A stretch of DNA of 64,000 nucleotides from Paraphysomonas bandaiensis (Eukaryota; Protista; Chrysophyceae), in contig CBFFRP010000372.1 of the NCBI GenBank assembly GCA_965644295.1, positions 1-64,000 on the forward strand, in the 5' to 3' direction. A program made the translations under genes and the position numbers. Positions 26,082 to 38,479 of the stretch are shown piece by piece; position 1 is the first letter of the stretch, and each line of letters opens with the position of its first letter. Under the pieces are notes generated by a model. The model did no database searches and was not told the origin of the DNA. It saw only the letters and a list, made by a program, of their open reading frames with translations.

Positions 26082-28124
26082 ATGAAGGACGAGGATCCTG
26101 TACTTGGAAAAGATAATCAAATATATTCAGACCAGCACACTGAAGAAGACAATGAGTTTCGCGATAGTATGAGTGCACGGGCATTCCCCAGAACTGTCAC
26201 AAATACAGTGATAGATGCGCTAGAATATTTTGCCGATGTTGATGCCGAATGGACACGAGAGTTACTTAAGGAGTATGGAAAAATTGATGACCAAGGGCCC
26301 GATGGTAGGATACGTCACGACATCAATTACTTTTCATTTCGTACTTTGTAGGAGACGTGCCAGAGCAGCCTCCGTTCGCAAAGGACACAGTTTTTTGGCT
26401 AATGGCAGCAATTGGGAGCGTTATTGGAATATTTTTAGGACTTGCTGGTTTAATATTTCTGAATATTATCGATGAGGTAAGTTGACATATTAGGTATCGG
26501 CTAATGTATTTAGAATGTCTGAGGTACCAAATAGATGGGTCGATACTGACTCATTCGAAAATCCTGACGATGGAAAACTATATGCGGGAAAGGTACATTT
26601 CTATTTTTGTATTTTTCATATATTTACGAGTAATTTAGAAATACTGGGTTCTAGTTTCTGGCGGGACTGGCCTCGTGGTTGGAATTATCCGTTGGGCGAC
26701 GAAATACCCTGATAACCTTCCTGGATTCTTCAAGGAAATCACAACTTTTCATGTGGACCCTACATGGGCGCTGCATACTGTTCTTCTTTCAGCCATATCT
26801 GTGGCAGGTGGGGCGAACCTCGGACCAGAGCAAGCACTGGTACATTTCCAAGTGGCGTCTTTTATACGATGTGAACACGCTCTTGTAGGGTAATTTGGGA
26901 GGCGGCCTAGCAACCGTTATCAATAAACGGATTCAGTTGGAGGACAAAGATCACACTAATTTGCTCGTGCTGGTAGGAATGGCGGGGGCGATGGGCTGCC
27001 TTTTTCCAACTCCTGTCTTAGCTGTGCTCATGATTCACGAGCTCGGTGCACCACCAAAGTACGTCTGTACCATACTTATTGTTCTGGGCAAAATCGGTTA
27101 AAGCACTTTAATCTCCATGTACAGGTCATTTATGGAATCTACGCTGCTTATGGGTATCCCTGCAATAATATCATTCATTGTTTTCTATGCCCTTGAAGAG
27201 AAGACATACCTGGAGAGACTTTCTCCCTTTTACCAACTTTCCATGAATTGGGATTTCCAAATGTGGCAATGCGGCACCGCGGTCATAATCGGATTGGTGT
27301 CTTCTGCTTCGTCTTTATGTCTGCTACTCGGAGTGGGAATCGTGAAGCAAATTCTCTTGCGCATAAAAGATAGGTGTGATCGGTCCGGTGTCCTCAGCGG
27401 TACTATCGTGATTGCCACCATAGGGGGGGTTGCTATAGGTAACGCGATGTTGTGTAATATGAAAGTAATGTGACAGAACAGGTTTCATCGAGTACGTGCT
27501 GCCGTTAGCTGTGGGAAATGGACACCAGTCATTCGCATCGATTATCAAAAATGTGAATGTGTACAGCACCCATCTTCTCCTTTGCACTGGTACTTTTCTG
27601 TATTCGCATAACATACCTCTATATTCTTATTTTATCCATTCGAAAACAGCGTTTGCTCGAGCATTCACCCTAGCGATTAGCATGAACTGTGGATTCGTCG
27701 GTGGATTTGTGTTTCCGATTATTAGTATTGGAATAATAGCTGGTGTAATTGCGCATCAGCAGGTAAGTGAGAGTCGCGCAATCAGATACTTGTAGTAACG
27801 GAATATCAGTATGATTATATTCCGCTTGGTATGTCTATCACGTGCTTCTTAGCTGCAATGCCGTCAGCTATATGCCCGATGCCGTTTACCCTGTTTGGAA
27901 TTGCAACATCTATATTCTTTCTAGGACTACAACAGACGGTTCCGATATTCATATCATGTGTGACAGCCTATCTGATGTTCACCGGCATCGGAGTTATGGG
28001 GGCACTCCAGAACAGGGCAAACAAAGCTGCTAAAGACCGAGCTAAAGGGAAAGTTAAGATTGATAAGGAACAAGCGTTATCACCTTACACTAAAAAAAGC
28101 AGCAAGTTTGTTAATGATATCTGA
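26082..28124 (+). CDS. CLC-family anion channel/transporter, YfeO-like, no CBS domains; multi-exon
   Basis: GGANLGPEQAL, GMAGAMGCLFPTP..IHEL, GFVGGFVFP and many hydrophobic helices across short-intron exons. Confidence 0.85.
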
Positions 28125-28431
28125 TGATAGGATCTTGATCTGACTCTTCCTACTAATTCAGTTGTACTAAGTTTCGCGTAGAGGTGCCTGACTACCACGG
28201 AAGAGATATAGTTTCTGATATGGTATTATGATGTGGGGATCTTGTTGAAGATATGTAAGGATAAAGGCTTCAGGACGGTGAATATCCAACATGGCAGATA
28301 CGCTATCAAGTGAATATTTTGTGTCAACAATTTGGAGATATTATGGTGGTTCTAGTGTCTCGTAGCTCAATTGCACTACGTAAGCTAAAAAGAATTAAAA
28401 GTAGTTAATCAATGAGTATATCATACCACAC

Positions 28432-28694
28432 GAAGTCTTATTAATAGTCTTTTCTTTCTTTTGTGAATCTTCACACTAGTTTCAATTGATAATATAGTGT
28501 GCGACAGTGGGAATACTCCAGTTGTGAGTGTCTTAGTATTAGCAATAGCTGTACGAGAGTCAGAACTATTGTAGCAAAATAATATAACTCACTAGTGCTT
28601 AACTCTGATATCCTGCTATTTGACGCTACGAAAGCTGCTTGTGCGTCACGGCAAGTACCAAGGTGCAACTGCCTTCGCTCTCTGTCCTTAAGGT
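28432..28694 (-). repeat. Tail (S) half of a non-autonomous retroelement copy split by the Copia insertion
   Basis: Reverse complement GTTGCACCTTGGTACTTGCCGTGACGCACAAGCAGCTTTCGTAGCG; joins head R (34976-35258) through the TSD AAGGT. Confidence 0.8.
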
Positions 28695-28964
28695 TATTAG
28701 GATCCAGCTTAATACATGATTGTATCTGTGAGTTATAATGTTCAATGAAATATGCCATGAACTGAATTAGAGAGAGTATCATCTGTCGAAGATACATGAT
28801 CGTCATCATAACGTCGTCATTATCAGTTACACTTCTAGCTATTCCGTTGTGCATGATAGTTATGTTCTATATTGTTATTCATAATTTTCACTCTATCGTG
28901 TTCATTACCTTACACTCTAATAATCACAACATTGTTTTACTATTATAAAGATCAGTTCTTTATT
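28695..28964 (+). repeat. Copia 5' LTR
   Basis: 270-bp direct repeat of 34706-34975; six transitions seen. Confidence 0.95.
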
Positions 28965-28979
28965 TGGTAGCGGATGGTT
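28965..28979 (+). other. Primer binding site, probably initiator tRNA-Met
   Basis: TGGTAGCGGATGGTT directly after the LTR; fits the TGGTAGC..GGTT pattern complementary to eukaryotic iMet 3' ends. Confidence 0.7.
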
Positions 28980-30229
28980 GTTAAAGTTACAAGTTGCGAC
29001 TCAACCGACTCGGATTCGACAACCGACAAGCGAAAGGACTCAATTCCGAAATTCGATGCGAAGAACTTCTCCAGGTGGCAGAAGAAGTGCCGTGCATGGT
29101 TCTATCGCAAGCCTAAGATCGTTTATACTCAGACTCTACAGAACGATCACCCAATTGAGCCTGAAGCAGAAGAAAACTCAGATGACGAGGACTACCAGTA
29201 TCGACTCGAACAGTATCAGGATGCGAAACGATATATATTATGATGAATGTAATAACTACCTATGGTCAGTCATTTCAAGCTCTATCATTGGTCAAAATGA
29301 AGAGGCTGAAGGGATTTTGGAGAACGTCCCCGATGGAGATGGTAAAACCGCCTGGACCGACTTGTTGAACCACTTCAAGGAAAAAACGACTAACGATGTA
29401 ATCACTGATCTGATTGGCCAATTCCAGAGCATAAAAATCAAAAAAGGTCAGTCGATAATCAACTTTCTTGACGCTGTCGAAAAGCTCCGAAACAAGCTGA
29501 TTAATTATGGTCATCGGATAAGTGATCAAGATCTTATATCACGCATTCAAGTCGAGGTAATACCAAAACCTGGTGAAATTTTTGGTGATGGTCGGAAAAG
29601 GGTATAACTATGCACAATAAGTAACTATGAAGTTTATAACAGTGTGAAAAGTACTATATCGACAAGGCCTGGTATCCAACGAAAATAATATGACGTATTG
29701 TGAACTGGCAATCAACGTGCAGATGCACCCTATCGATGACTACAAAACACTGATACGCAGACTACGCGGATTAGGAAGCTCGTCTGTTGGAATGCTCTTG
29801 TCAAGCATCGAAGAAACAAAAACCGACAGTATTCAGCTTGCAGCTTCAAAACCCCCATTTTCCCGAAATAAAGCGAATTCCAGGACAGTAGAAAGTTTCA
29901 AATATCTCATAGGCCTTGCACATGTAGAGCCAGATGATGGATTAACATATGTAACGACTCAAATAAAGCTCAGAAAAGAACTACTCGCAGCGTACCGTGG
30001 TCTAGTGGACAACTGCGGTGACACTACACGCCTCATTCAGCTCGATGACCCCATTCACGCTGCAGAGACATCGAAAAGTACACTAAAGAATACATAGAAC
30101 TCAAAGCAGTTGGTCTCAAACGTAGTATTTCTCGATCGAAACCCCCAAAAAATAAATCCAGCAAAATCAGATCGAGACCCCGATACAGTTAATGGATCTC
30201 CAGCGCCAGCCGCTATTTACAGGGGGAGT

Positions 30230-32290
30230 AGGGGAATCCAAGCGAGCCGCCATTTCCATCTCTTACAACGTCACGATCACAACCACCCAGACATCGACCT
30301 TTACATCACTAGCCTGGTCCAATGGGACAACAGCTCGGAATCCGACTGCAGCCCCCATCTCTGGCCACGCCCCAATTCCGAGAAACCATCGACAAGGTCC
30401 AATCCCAACTCCAACTGTACGACAATCATCCACATGATTTTCAAGCCATCTTCACTGATGGTTCCTTCACTCGCACTAACCTCTCTCCTGCCCATCTACT
30501 CGGTGACTCTCACACCCAGCACACAACGCACAACGGAGGGGCAGCAATTGTCTGGCTTCCGCCCAAAACCAACTGGAGCAAAGGACTAACCAAAATACTC
30601 CGACTTACAGCCCCAGAGCATACCATCATACCCGGGATAATCCCATACACCTACGAGACCCTGGCAATGTCAACAGCCCTAACGTTCTCTAAACTCGTAT
30701 CCCCCACCGTACCTATGTGCACCGACTGCCAAGCAGTACAAACACGAACCACAGAAGCCCTCTCTCGTAGGCAGCGAGCTCTCGGTACAAAGTCCCAGAG
30801 GGCATCTTTTATGAATGCCTCGACGCAGAAAATCATCGACAGCGCCCAATCAGATGGGTCCGCTCCCCCACCCAGAACGAAGAACACAAGATCGAAGTAG
30901 ATGGACATACAACGACTATATATGGCATTTATATAGCTGACGCAGCCGCCAGTGGGGAGTGGTCAACGATCGACAATATACTCGGCCGCAAAAACTACAG
31001 CGTGGTCACAACTGAAATCACACACATCCTTGACGAATTCCTTACTACCGGCCAATGGCAATGGAGGAGATATGACAAACATCTCCTCACGGACAGCGAT
31101 CCCATGCTAGGGGACGTCATCGAATTAAGTCACCAATGGGATCTCCACCAATACACCCTCACGCGGGACGGCACGTACGTCACAAGTACAAGCCGAGACT
31201 CGCAGTACTGGACACACAGCGGCACCAGGCTTCCACACAAACTTCACCCCTCAAGACCAATAATTCCCCCAAATGCTGTGTTCCATTCCAAGATCGCATC
31301 CGCGAAACCGCATATATGTCTGGGATAAATCCTACGCGATGGGCAGAAATCGCGCCAAGGGCAAACATATGGAGATGAACTCACAACAGCAGCAGCCAAA
31401 TGTACAGATTGCAACCACACTTCAGACAACATGATGGCGCACATGCTCCTCCAATGTGCACACCCTGAGATCGCACAAATACGTGAAAAAGCCTTCCACA
31501 CACAACAAACTCAGCTTACCAAACTCCGCGGGCAACGACAACCCTTCCCCTGGCTCCACAACGCCCTAACTAAACTAGCGAAGGCTGCATGGGATCCTAC
31601 CACACCCCAAGTTGAGAGATACTGGACCGGACAACTCACAGCCTCGCAACTGGCAAACGCCTTCGGCCGCAACATTTCCACCCCACACTACTCGAACACC
31701 AGTTCCACAAGCTCGAAAAATCCGTCACCAAGGTTCTGCTCCCCCTCTACAATGGAGGAAGAATAAACATGCTCAAAAACAGAGGATGTAGATTTCACAA
31801 CATCGACGTGACACAAACGACACCACCCTCAACTCATGCCAGCAGCTCACAACCACACCGCACACACTCTACCACCAACCCGAAAATCCTCCAGCTCTAC
31901 TTAAAGTAACATCCACCCCTAGAGCTACACCCTCCACGAGACCTCGAGCTCAACGCAAGCTTCCCAATCCTATTCGGAAGCAAACGATCCTCACCACAGA
32001 AAGAATCCCAGACACAACTGGTAATCTCAGACCCCCTGCCACCGACTCATATTCCAGGATCAACACGTCACCCCACACATCCCGGCTCGTATGCGGCTCT
32101 GGACCGCCAGACACACTACCCAAAGGAAGACCACCAGATTAAACTCAATACAAGGGATGGTTGCACCAAGGTGCTTGCAGCAATGCACAAGCAATCCCGA
32201 GACAACTGAGCATTTTGTAATCTGTGTTACCACTAGTCTAGAGTAAAATAGTAGATAGATAAATAATGCAATAAGTAATCAGATCTTTTA
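30230..32290 (+). mobile_element. 5'-truncated, frameshifted RNase H-LINE nested in the Copia
   Basis: AIFTDGSF..GGAAIV..YETLA..TDCQAV, CTDC..HMLLQC, PQVERYWTG, PKGRPPD*; imperfect TSD TATTTACAG(AG)GGGGAGT (30214-30229, 32291-32308). Confidence 0.88.
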
Positions 32291-34705
32291 TATTTACAGA
32301 GGGGGAGTGGCGTGAGCCTAAGACATCATGATGCCGCGCAGGAGAGAAACAGCAGCCATCGGGATGAACCTACCCACTCCGATGCAAAGATAGCAAAGAC
32401 TCGCCCTTCGATACAATTCAATGGGAATCTAGTGCCGAATCCGGCACCACACAGTCAAGTGGACCGTCAGTATAATATATATGTCAGCGTGTGGCCAAAC
32501 GCTGTTACAACAAGCCTGCTGATTCATCGGGAGATTGGGGAAATTAGGGTACACCTGAAGGGCCAAGTAAGGTCCATGCTACAGCAAAGCACAAAATTTC
32601 AGCTGGTAAAAGGAGTGTTCTCCGAAGCAAGAGAATGGCCAGGAAACGAGTAATAGTAAATATGTAAATAAACTTGGTAATGATGTATAAAATACATGTG
32701 ATGTAAATGCTAAACATGTAGTAAATCATATGACACATACATGATACACAATGTATATCAAAATTACATATACAAACAACATTGATATTTTGTTATGCAT
32801 GCTTTTAGTTAATTGCAATGACATTGACGAGCTAACCGATACACCGAAGAGTGTACAAGATGCAATTCCAGGTAAATATAAACAGAAGTGGATCAATGCT
32901 ATCAACAAAAAGAAATACCCACTCTTCAGAGGAAAGGATGCTGGAGATACACTGCACTACCACTTGGAGCAAGAGCCAGAAAGGGGAAACTTATATTCAA
33001 AATAAAAAGAAAACAGAATGATATCATATTCAAGGCTCGACTGGTCGCACAGGGTTTTACTCAAATCCAAGGCATTGATTATAATGATACATACAGCCCC
33101 CTCGCGAAGGCTACATACATCACTACGTACAATTATTGCCCTTTCGACCATTATATGAAACTCAAAGTGCATCAAATTAATTTCACCACTGCGTACATCA
33201 ATGCTGACCTGGAAGAGGACATATACATGCATCTCCCTCCTGGCATGGACGTCCCTGAAGGATAAGTCCTCAAATTGATGAAAAGCATCTATGGTCTAAA
33301 GCAAGCAGGTCTTAACTGGTATAAGTGCTGTACAAATTTTATTCTAGATATGGGTTTCACCAGGCTAATATATATCTGACCCGTGTATATTCAAGAAGCA
33401 GATTAATGGCAGGATTATGCTAATAGCCATGTATGTGGATGATATTATTATAGCATCCGCATCCGACACTGATATCTAACAATTCAAAGACCATTTATCC
33501 AAAAAGTTCGAAATTACGGATCTTGGACTCTTAGATTATTACTTTTGGGCATTTCCATCCATCAAGACTTTGATAAGAATATCACGACTCTCAGTCAGGA
33601 TCAGTATGTCAACAAACTACTGGACAAATTCAATATGTCCAACTGTAAACCCATGTCAACACCTATGTTACTGTCTTTCAACTATGATTTACATGAATAC
33701 AATCATCTTTTAGAGTCAAATCAAAGTTATGTTCAGAATTTCCCCTACAAGGAGCTCATAGGGTCCCTGATGCATCTAGCTGTATGCACTCGACCGGATA
33801 TCGCCTACGCAGTCAATACTCTTGCCAGATTTTCTGATATGCCTAATCTAACTACCTGTAAAATGCTGCGTTACATGTTCTTAGGTATCTCAAAGGCACT
33901 GCTATAAGCAAGGATTGATATATTCTGGATCCCACATAACATTGTCAGGATACTGCGATAGCGATTGGGCACGATGTCACCTCACTCGACGGTCCACTAC
34001 AGCTTTTACATTCTTCATAGGTAATTGTCTTATATCATGGCAATCTCGATTACAGACAACTGTGGCATTGTCATCTACTGAAGCTGAGTATATGGCTTTT
34101 TCGTCAGCAGCTCAGGAAGCACTATGGCTACGCTCTTTATTATCAGAAATTGGTTTCAAACTTCCATTCTCAACAACTATTTGGTGCGATAATAAAGGTG
34201 CAGTCCAATTATGTTACAATCCTACTCATCATCGACGTACAAAACATATCGCGATTCGATACCACTTCACCCGTGAACACATTGCGGAGAACATTTTGAC
34301 TGTTGATCACATATCCACAAAGTCAATGTTAGCCGACCTCCTTACAAAACCACTAGGAGGAAATCACTTTAGCACATTGCGAACAACATTGATGGGGGGA
34401 GCTGAGTTCGGCATCCCATCCAGCAGCAACAGAAAGCGATCAACAACCTCAGATACACCTAATTCACAATTACCAAGCCACAAGCGACCTAGGTGGCTAG
34501 TTTGAGTTACACTGAGTTCTTACCATTTCTTTACTTTTATTCAATACAACATGATGCTGGACTAGAAGGATGGTCTCACAATATGGCATCTCTGCAGTTC
34601 GCTTATTATTGTCTAGTGACTGCTACTCTGGTTTTTACTCTCAGTGTGTATATGTTCATATTCTCTCTATTATCTACGGTTCACTGATTATTTCATTGAG
34701 GGGCG

Positions 34706-34975
34706 TATTAGGATTCAGCTTAATACATGATTGTATCTGTGAGTTATAATGTTCAATGAAATATGTCATGAACTGAATTAGAGAGAATATCATCTGTCGA
34801 AGATATATGATCGTCATCATAACGTCGTCATTATCAGTTACACTTCTAACTATTCCGTTGTGCATGATAGTTATGTTCTATATTGTTATTCATAATTTTC
34901 ACTCTATCGTGTTCATTACCTTACACTCTAATAATCACAACATTGTTTTACTATTATAAAGATCAATTCTTTATT
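34706..34975 (+). repeat. Copia 3' LTR
   Basis: Follows the PPT; direct repeat of 28695-28964. Confidence 0.95.
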
Positions 34976-35258
34976 AAGGTGAACATCCCGGATGCTTGAC
35001 TTCAATAGGCAGCCCAATGCCCCGGATGCCCTTGAGGTGGACCAATTCCCGGATGTCTGTTTATTCGTCAAGGCCCAAATACGTCTACACAAGACTGACA
35101 CTTCTTAGTACCCCTTGTACCACACAAGCATTTGGCTATGAGTGGGCAGAGCAATATCTGCTGGCTATATATGTGACTCACGTTAGGTTCCTGGAGAAAT
35201 ATCTCCGGTTTATCCCCCAGAACACCACGGAAAGGTGCGAGTTCGACTTTGTTGAGGG
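34976..35258 (-). repeat. Head (R) half of the Copia-split retroelement copy
   Basis: Reverse complement starts CCCTCAACAAAGTCGAACTCGCACCTTTCCGTGGTGTTCTGGGGG. Confidence 0.9.
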
Positions 35259-35559
35259 TTGGGTAGCTGATACAAAGCCGTTGTGGGGAGCATGGAGTAG
35301 ATAGCACTATGCAACTATGCAATGGTCTGCCCGGGGTAAAATTACATATCAGATATATTTATACTTAGACAAGGGACGATACCCCTATTCTCGCGGTTAA
35401 ATTGTAGCTGATCCTCAGGATGTTGAAAATCTAATATCTAGATTCAATATTGTATAGATATTTGTAGCTTGCTTACTGCAAGAAGAAATAATTGTTGCCT
35501 GGTTAACATTTGATGCGGAATTCGAAAACGCGATCTGAATTGCTTGCCTGACAGTGTGA

Positions 35560-35706
35560 CGTGGTATATAATACAATACCAAAAGTCATACCTTCACGAG
35601 TTGTGGGGTCTCTTCTCCTGGCATTCCTCAGCAAGAGTCCCCATGGCGTGTTATCGTAGTCAATCCGTTCGTAGACATTTCTTCTTGCAAAAGATACGAT
35701 CCTCAC
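35560..35706 (-). pseudogene. Possible PIF/Harbinger transposase N-terminal remnant
   Basis: RIDYDNTPWGLLLRNARRRDPTTREG resembles, from memory, the segment preceding FRRRFR in protist Harbinger transposases; no TIRs confirmed. Confidence 0.35.
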
Positions 35707-36336
35707 TGGGCGCTGGAGTTTGCTTCATGAGCTGTTTGATCAAGGATGTCCTGCACAGACAACTTTCAGGACAATGCACCCACACATGAAATATCATGCT
35801 ATCTACTTTACACAGTCACTTGTGACTTTTGTCAATCAATGCTTAATGATATTCAGTGAGATCAAGCCAGCAGAGAATGAGCAGAAATTCAAAATTCTAA
35901 AAAAAAATCGCTGTTTTGTTCCTGTGTGTACTCGTAACTACAACTCCAGCTCCCAACAAAAACAATTTTGCGAAAAAAAATTGTCTTTTGTCTAACTATA
36001 ATTAGTGGCCCAATCAACATGGAGGAATTCAATATACAGTGTATTCCACAGGATTCCTACTGGTATCGTATATGGTATACAGCGCAGTATATGGTAGCTA
36101 GGTTTTTATCTGGCACAGCTTGAAACAAAACAAACACCATTACACGGTATAGTACAGGCACACTAAGTTTATGGCATCCCGGTTTCAGCCTTGCACATAA
36201 CAAAATTCAATTTCAAGGAGACCACATGGAATGCATTTAGCTTGAATTCTTTATAATTGATGGCTGTTGATAACGGGGAATACTGTTCGTTTCGTTGTTT
36301 TTAAAGTGTTCATAAAATCATATTCTTGACTGCATA

Positions 36337-37682
36337 ATGTTTGACTCAATCACGAGCATATTAAACGACCCCAGCTGTCCTTTGTATCATACTGTCCACA
36401 AGGCAGTTATAGTTATCAGACAAACCCTTAGAATATTTGGTCATGAAAGTGTGGCAGTGTCTTTTAATGGGGGCAAAGACGCAACCGCAGTTTTACATTT
36501 ACTGCGATATGTTTTGCATACAATGGGCAAGTTGGACGATCTTTGCACTCGCATTCCTGTCATCTATTTTGACGATCCAGACACATTTAGTGAAATGCAA
36601 GACTTTATGGAATCATGCCAAGAGACGTTTGGATTGGATTATTTAACTTATAACTGTCCTTTCAAAGACGGTGTGCAAAATGCTGTTAATTCAAGAAATG
36701 TGAAGGCGATATTTATGGGCGTTCGTCGTGGAGACCCACACACGATGTCAGCAGAACACATGGATCCTAGCTCAGTGGATTGGCCTGCGTTCATGAGAGT
36801 GTACCCAATTCTCTCCTGGAGTTATACTGATGGTAGTATTTGCTACTTTACGATGTTTAAATTAATGACCTTTGCATTAGTGTGGTCGTTCTTGTTGTCT
36901 TGCCAAGTACCTTATTGTAAGTTGTACGACAAGGGCTACACGTCTGTTGGCCTCAAGCATAACACGTTTCCTCATCCTGCGTTGCTACTGGAGGAGTGCG
37001 CTCAAGATGGTGGCGCTGCTTATCTGCCAGCTTATCGTCTGGGCGAGTATGAGAAAGAGAGGGCTTGTAGGGCTGACACTGCACCTACTGAGGATATACA
37101 GCGAAATGGAGAAGGCCTGGCTATATTTGTGCTTTATAATAACGATCTAATGAGTTCTTATATATCGGAGATATTACATTCACTAAATCAAATTCAAAAC
37201 AACTGCGAAGAGAACACAATTGAGATAACTCCGTATACAATTTCTAGTGATTTTTTGTCGGCGCAGCTGAGACGAAAGAATGATTCATTTGTTGTGGTAA
37301 TTTCGCACTCTTTGAATAGAGGTATATTACTTCGAATTATGTTCTGTATCATATTTGTCTATAGATTTATTAGAATGTAAAACAAGGTTATCTCTGGCAC
37401 TCAGAGGCGCACACAGCAGCGCGGCCGATGTAGAATGGAGCAGACAATGCGAAAATGTATTCACTCTGTCTCATAGGTTAGAAAAGTGATGAAATCTTAC
37501 GCGTTTCTTATTATTTTTCGCACAACAGGAATATTCTGTGTTTCATTGCTACCTCCGAAGAACGCATTAATAGCACATCTTCATCAACTTTTGTGGGGCT
37601 TGTACGCGATTGTATTTTACGTAAAATTTGCGATGAAAGCAGAAAGGCGATAACAAGAGAAGAAAGTGAAAAGATATGTTGA
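36337..37682 (+). CDS. FAD1: FAD synthetase (PAPS reductase family) with C-terminal extension; multi-exon
   Basis: SFNGGKDAT, IFMGVRRGDP, WPAFMRVYPILSW, YCKLYDKGYTSVG, ERACR. 3' exons approximate. Confidence 0.9.
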
Positions 37683-38479
37683 AAGCAATTGTCTTGCTGT
37701 AAGACTAGGATTGCTTCATAATGATGCAGGTATATGCGATGTAGGTTTATAGACTTCTATAAAGAAGCTTAAGTGTTGTTGTGCACAGAGGTGTTAGAAA
37801 TCGACATTTGACCCTTGAAGTAAGATATCTGAACTCTGTAAGTATAACTCTCTGTTCAGTATTGCTTACTTGAGTAATTAGGTGCTGTAGTTTAAGGGTT
37901 GTGGATTATAACTTATGAAGAATACTGTAGCTGAGGACAGTATTTTATGGGGTTGATGAAGTGTTGTGAAGTAAACTGTAGCTAAACTATTATATAGTGA
38001 CTGTCTGAGATTGTAAATTATCTATTGGCGACAGTGAAGTCTATCAATATTGTAGTGATAATGGGAAATGACAATAATGCAATAACTAGCTATTTCAGAG
38101 TTCAGTTTCTTACCTCTGGAGAGTTTGTATGCATAGATATTGATTAATGAAATGGCATTTCCCTAGAACCTGCTGATTTGGGAGAACCGACATCACGCGT
38201 TTTATAGAAACGAAACTACCGACTATTGGTCATTTTCACAATTTAGATCGTTGAGAGAAGTTTATTGTAATCAAACATCAAACTAGATAGACTCTATTAT
38301 TAAATTGCAAACACAATTGTGTGTGTTGTCATGTCAACAACATATCAACCACTGCTCAACTTCCGTATCTTGAATCGTAATGGTACAATACTTCAGATTC
38401 ACATTTATAGCGGTATAGTATCCTTAACTTCGTATTACTGCTTTTCACATTGTATTTTACAGTACTATCTTAGAGAACC

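Larger units (their letters stand above)
28695..34975 (+). mobile_element. Decayed Ty1/Copia LTR retrotransposon (internal deletion of protease and integrase)
   Basis: Two 270-bp LTRs, TSD AAGGT (28690-28694, 34976-34980), PBS, PPT GAGGGGCG. gag IPKFDAKNFSRWQ..DGKTAW; RT FKARLVAQGFTQ, YGLKQAG, YVDD; RNase H GYCDSDWA..SSTEAEY..DNKGA..RTKHI..LADLLTK. Confidence 0.96.
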
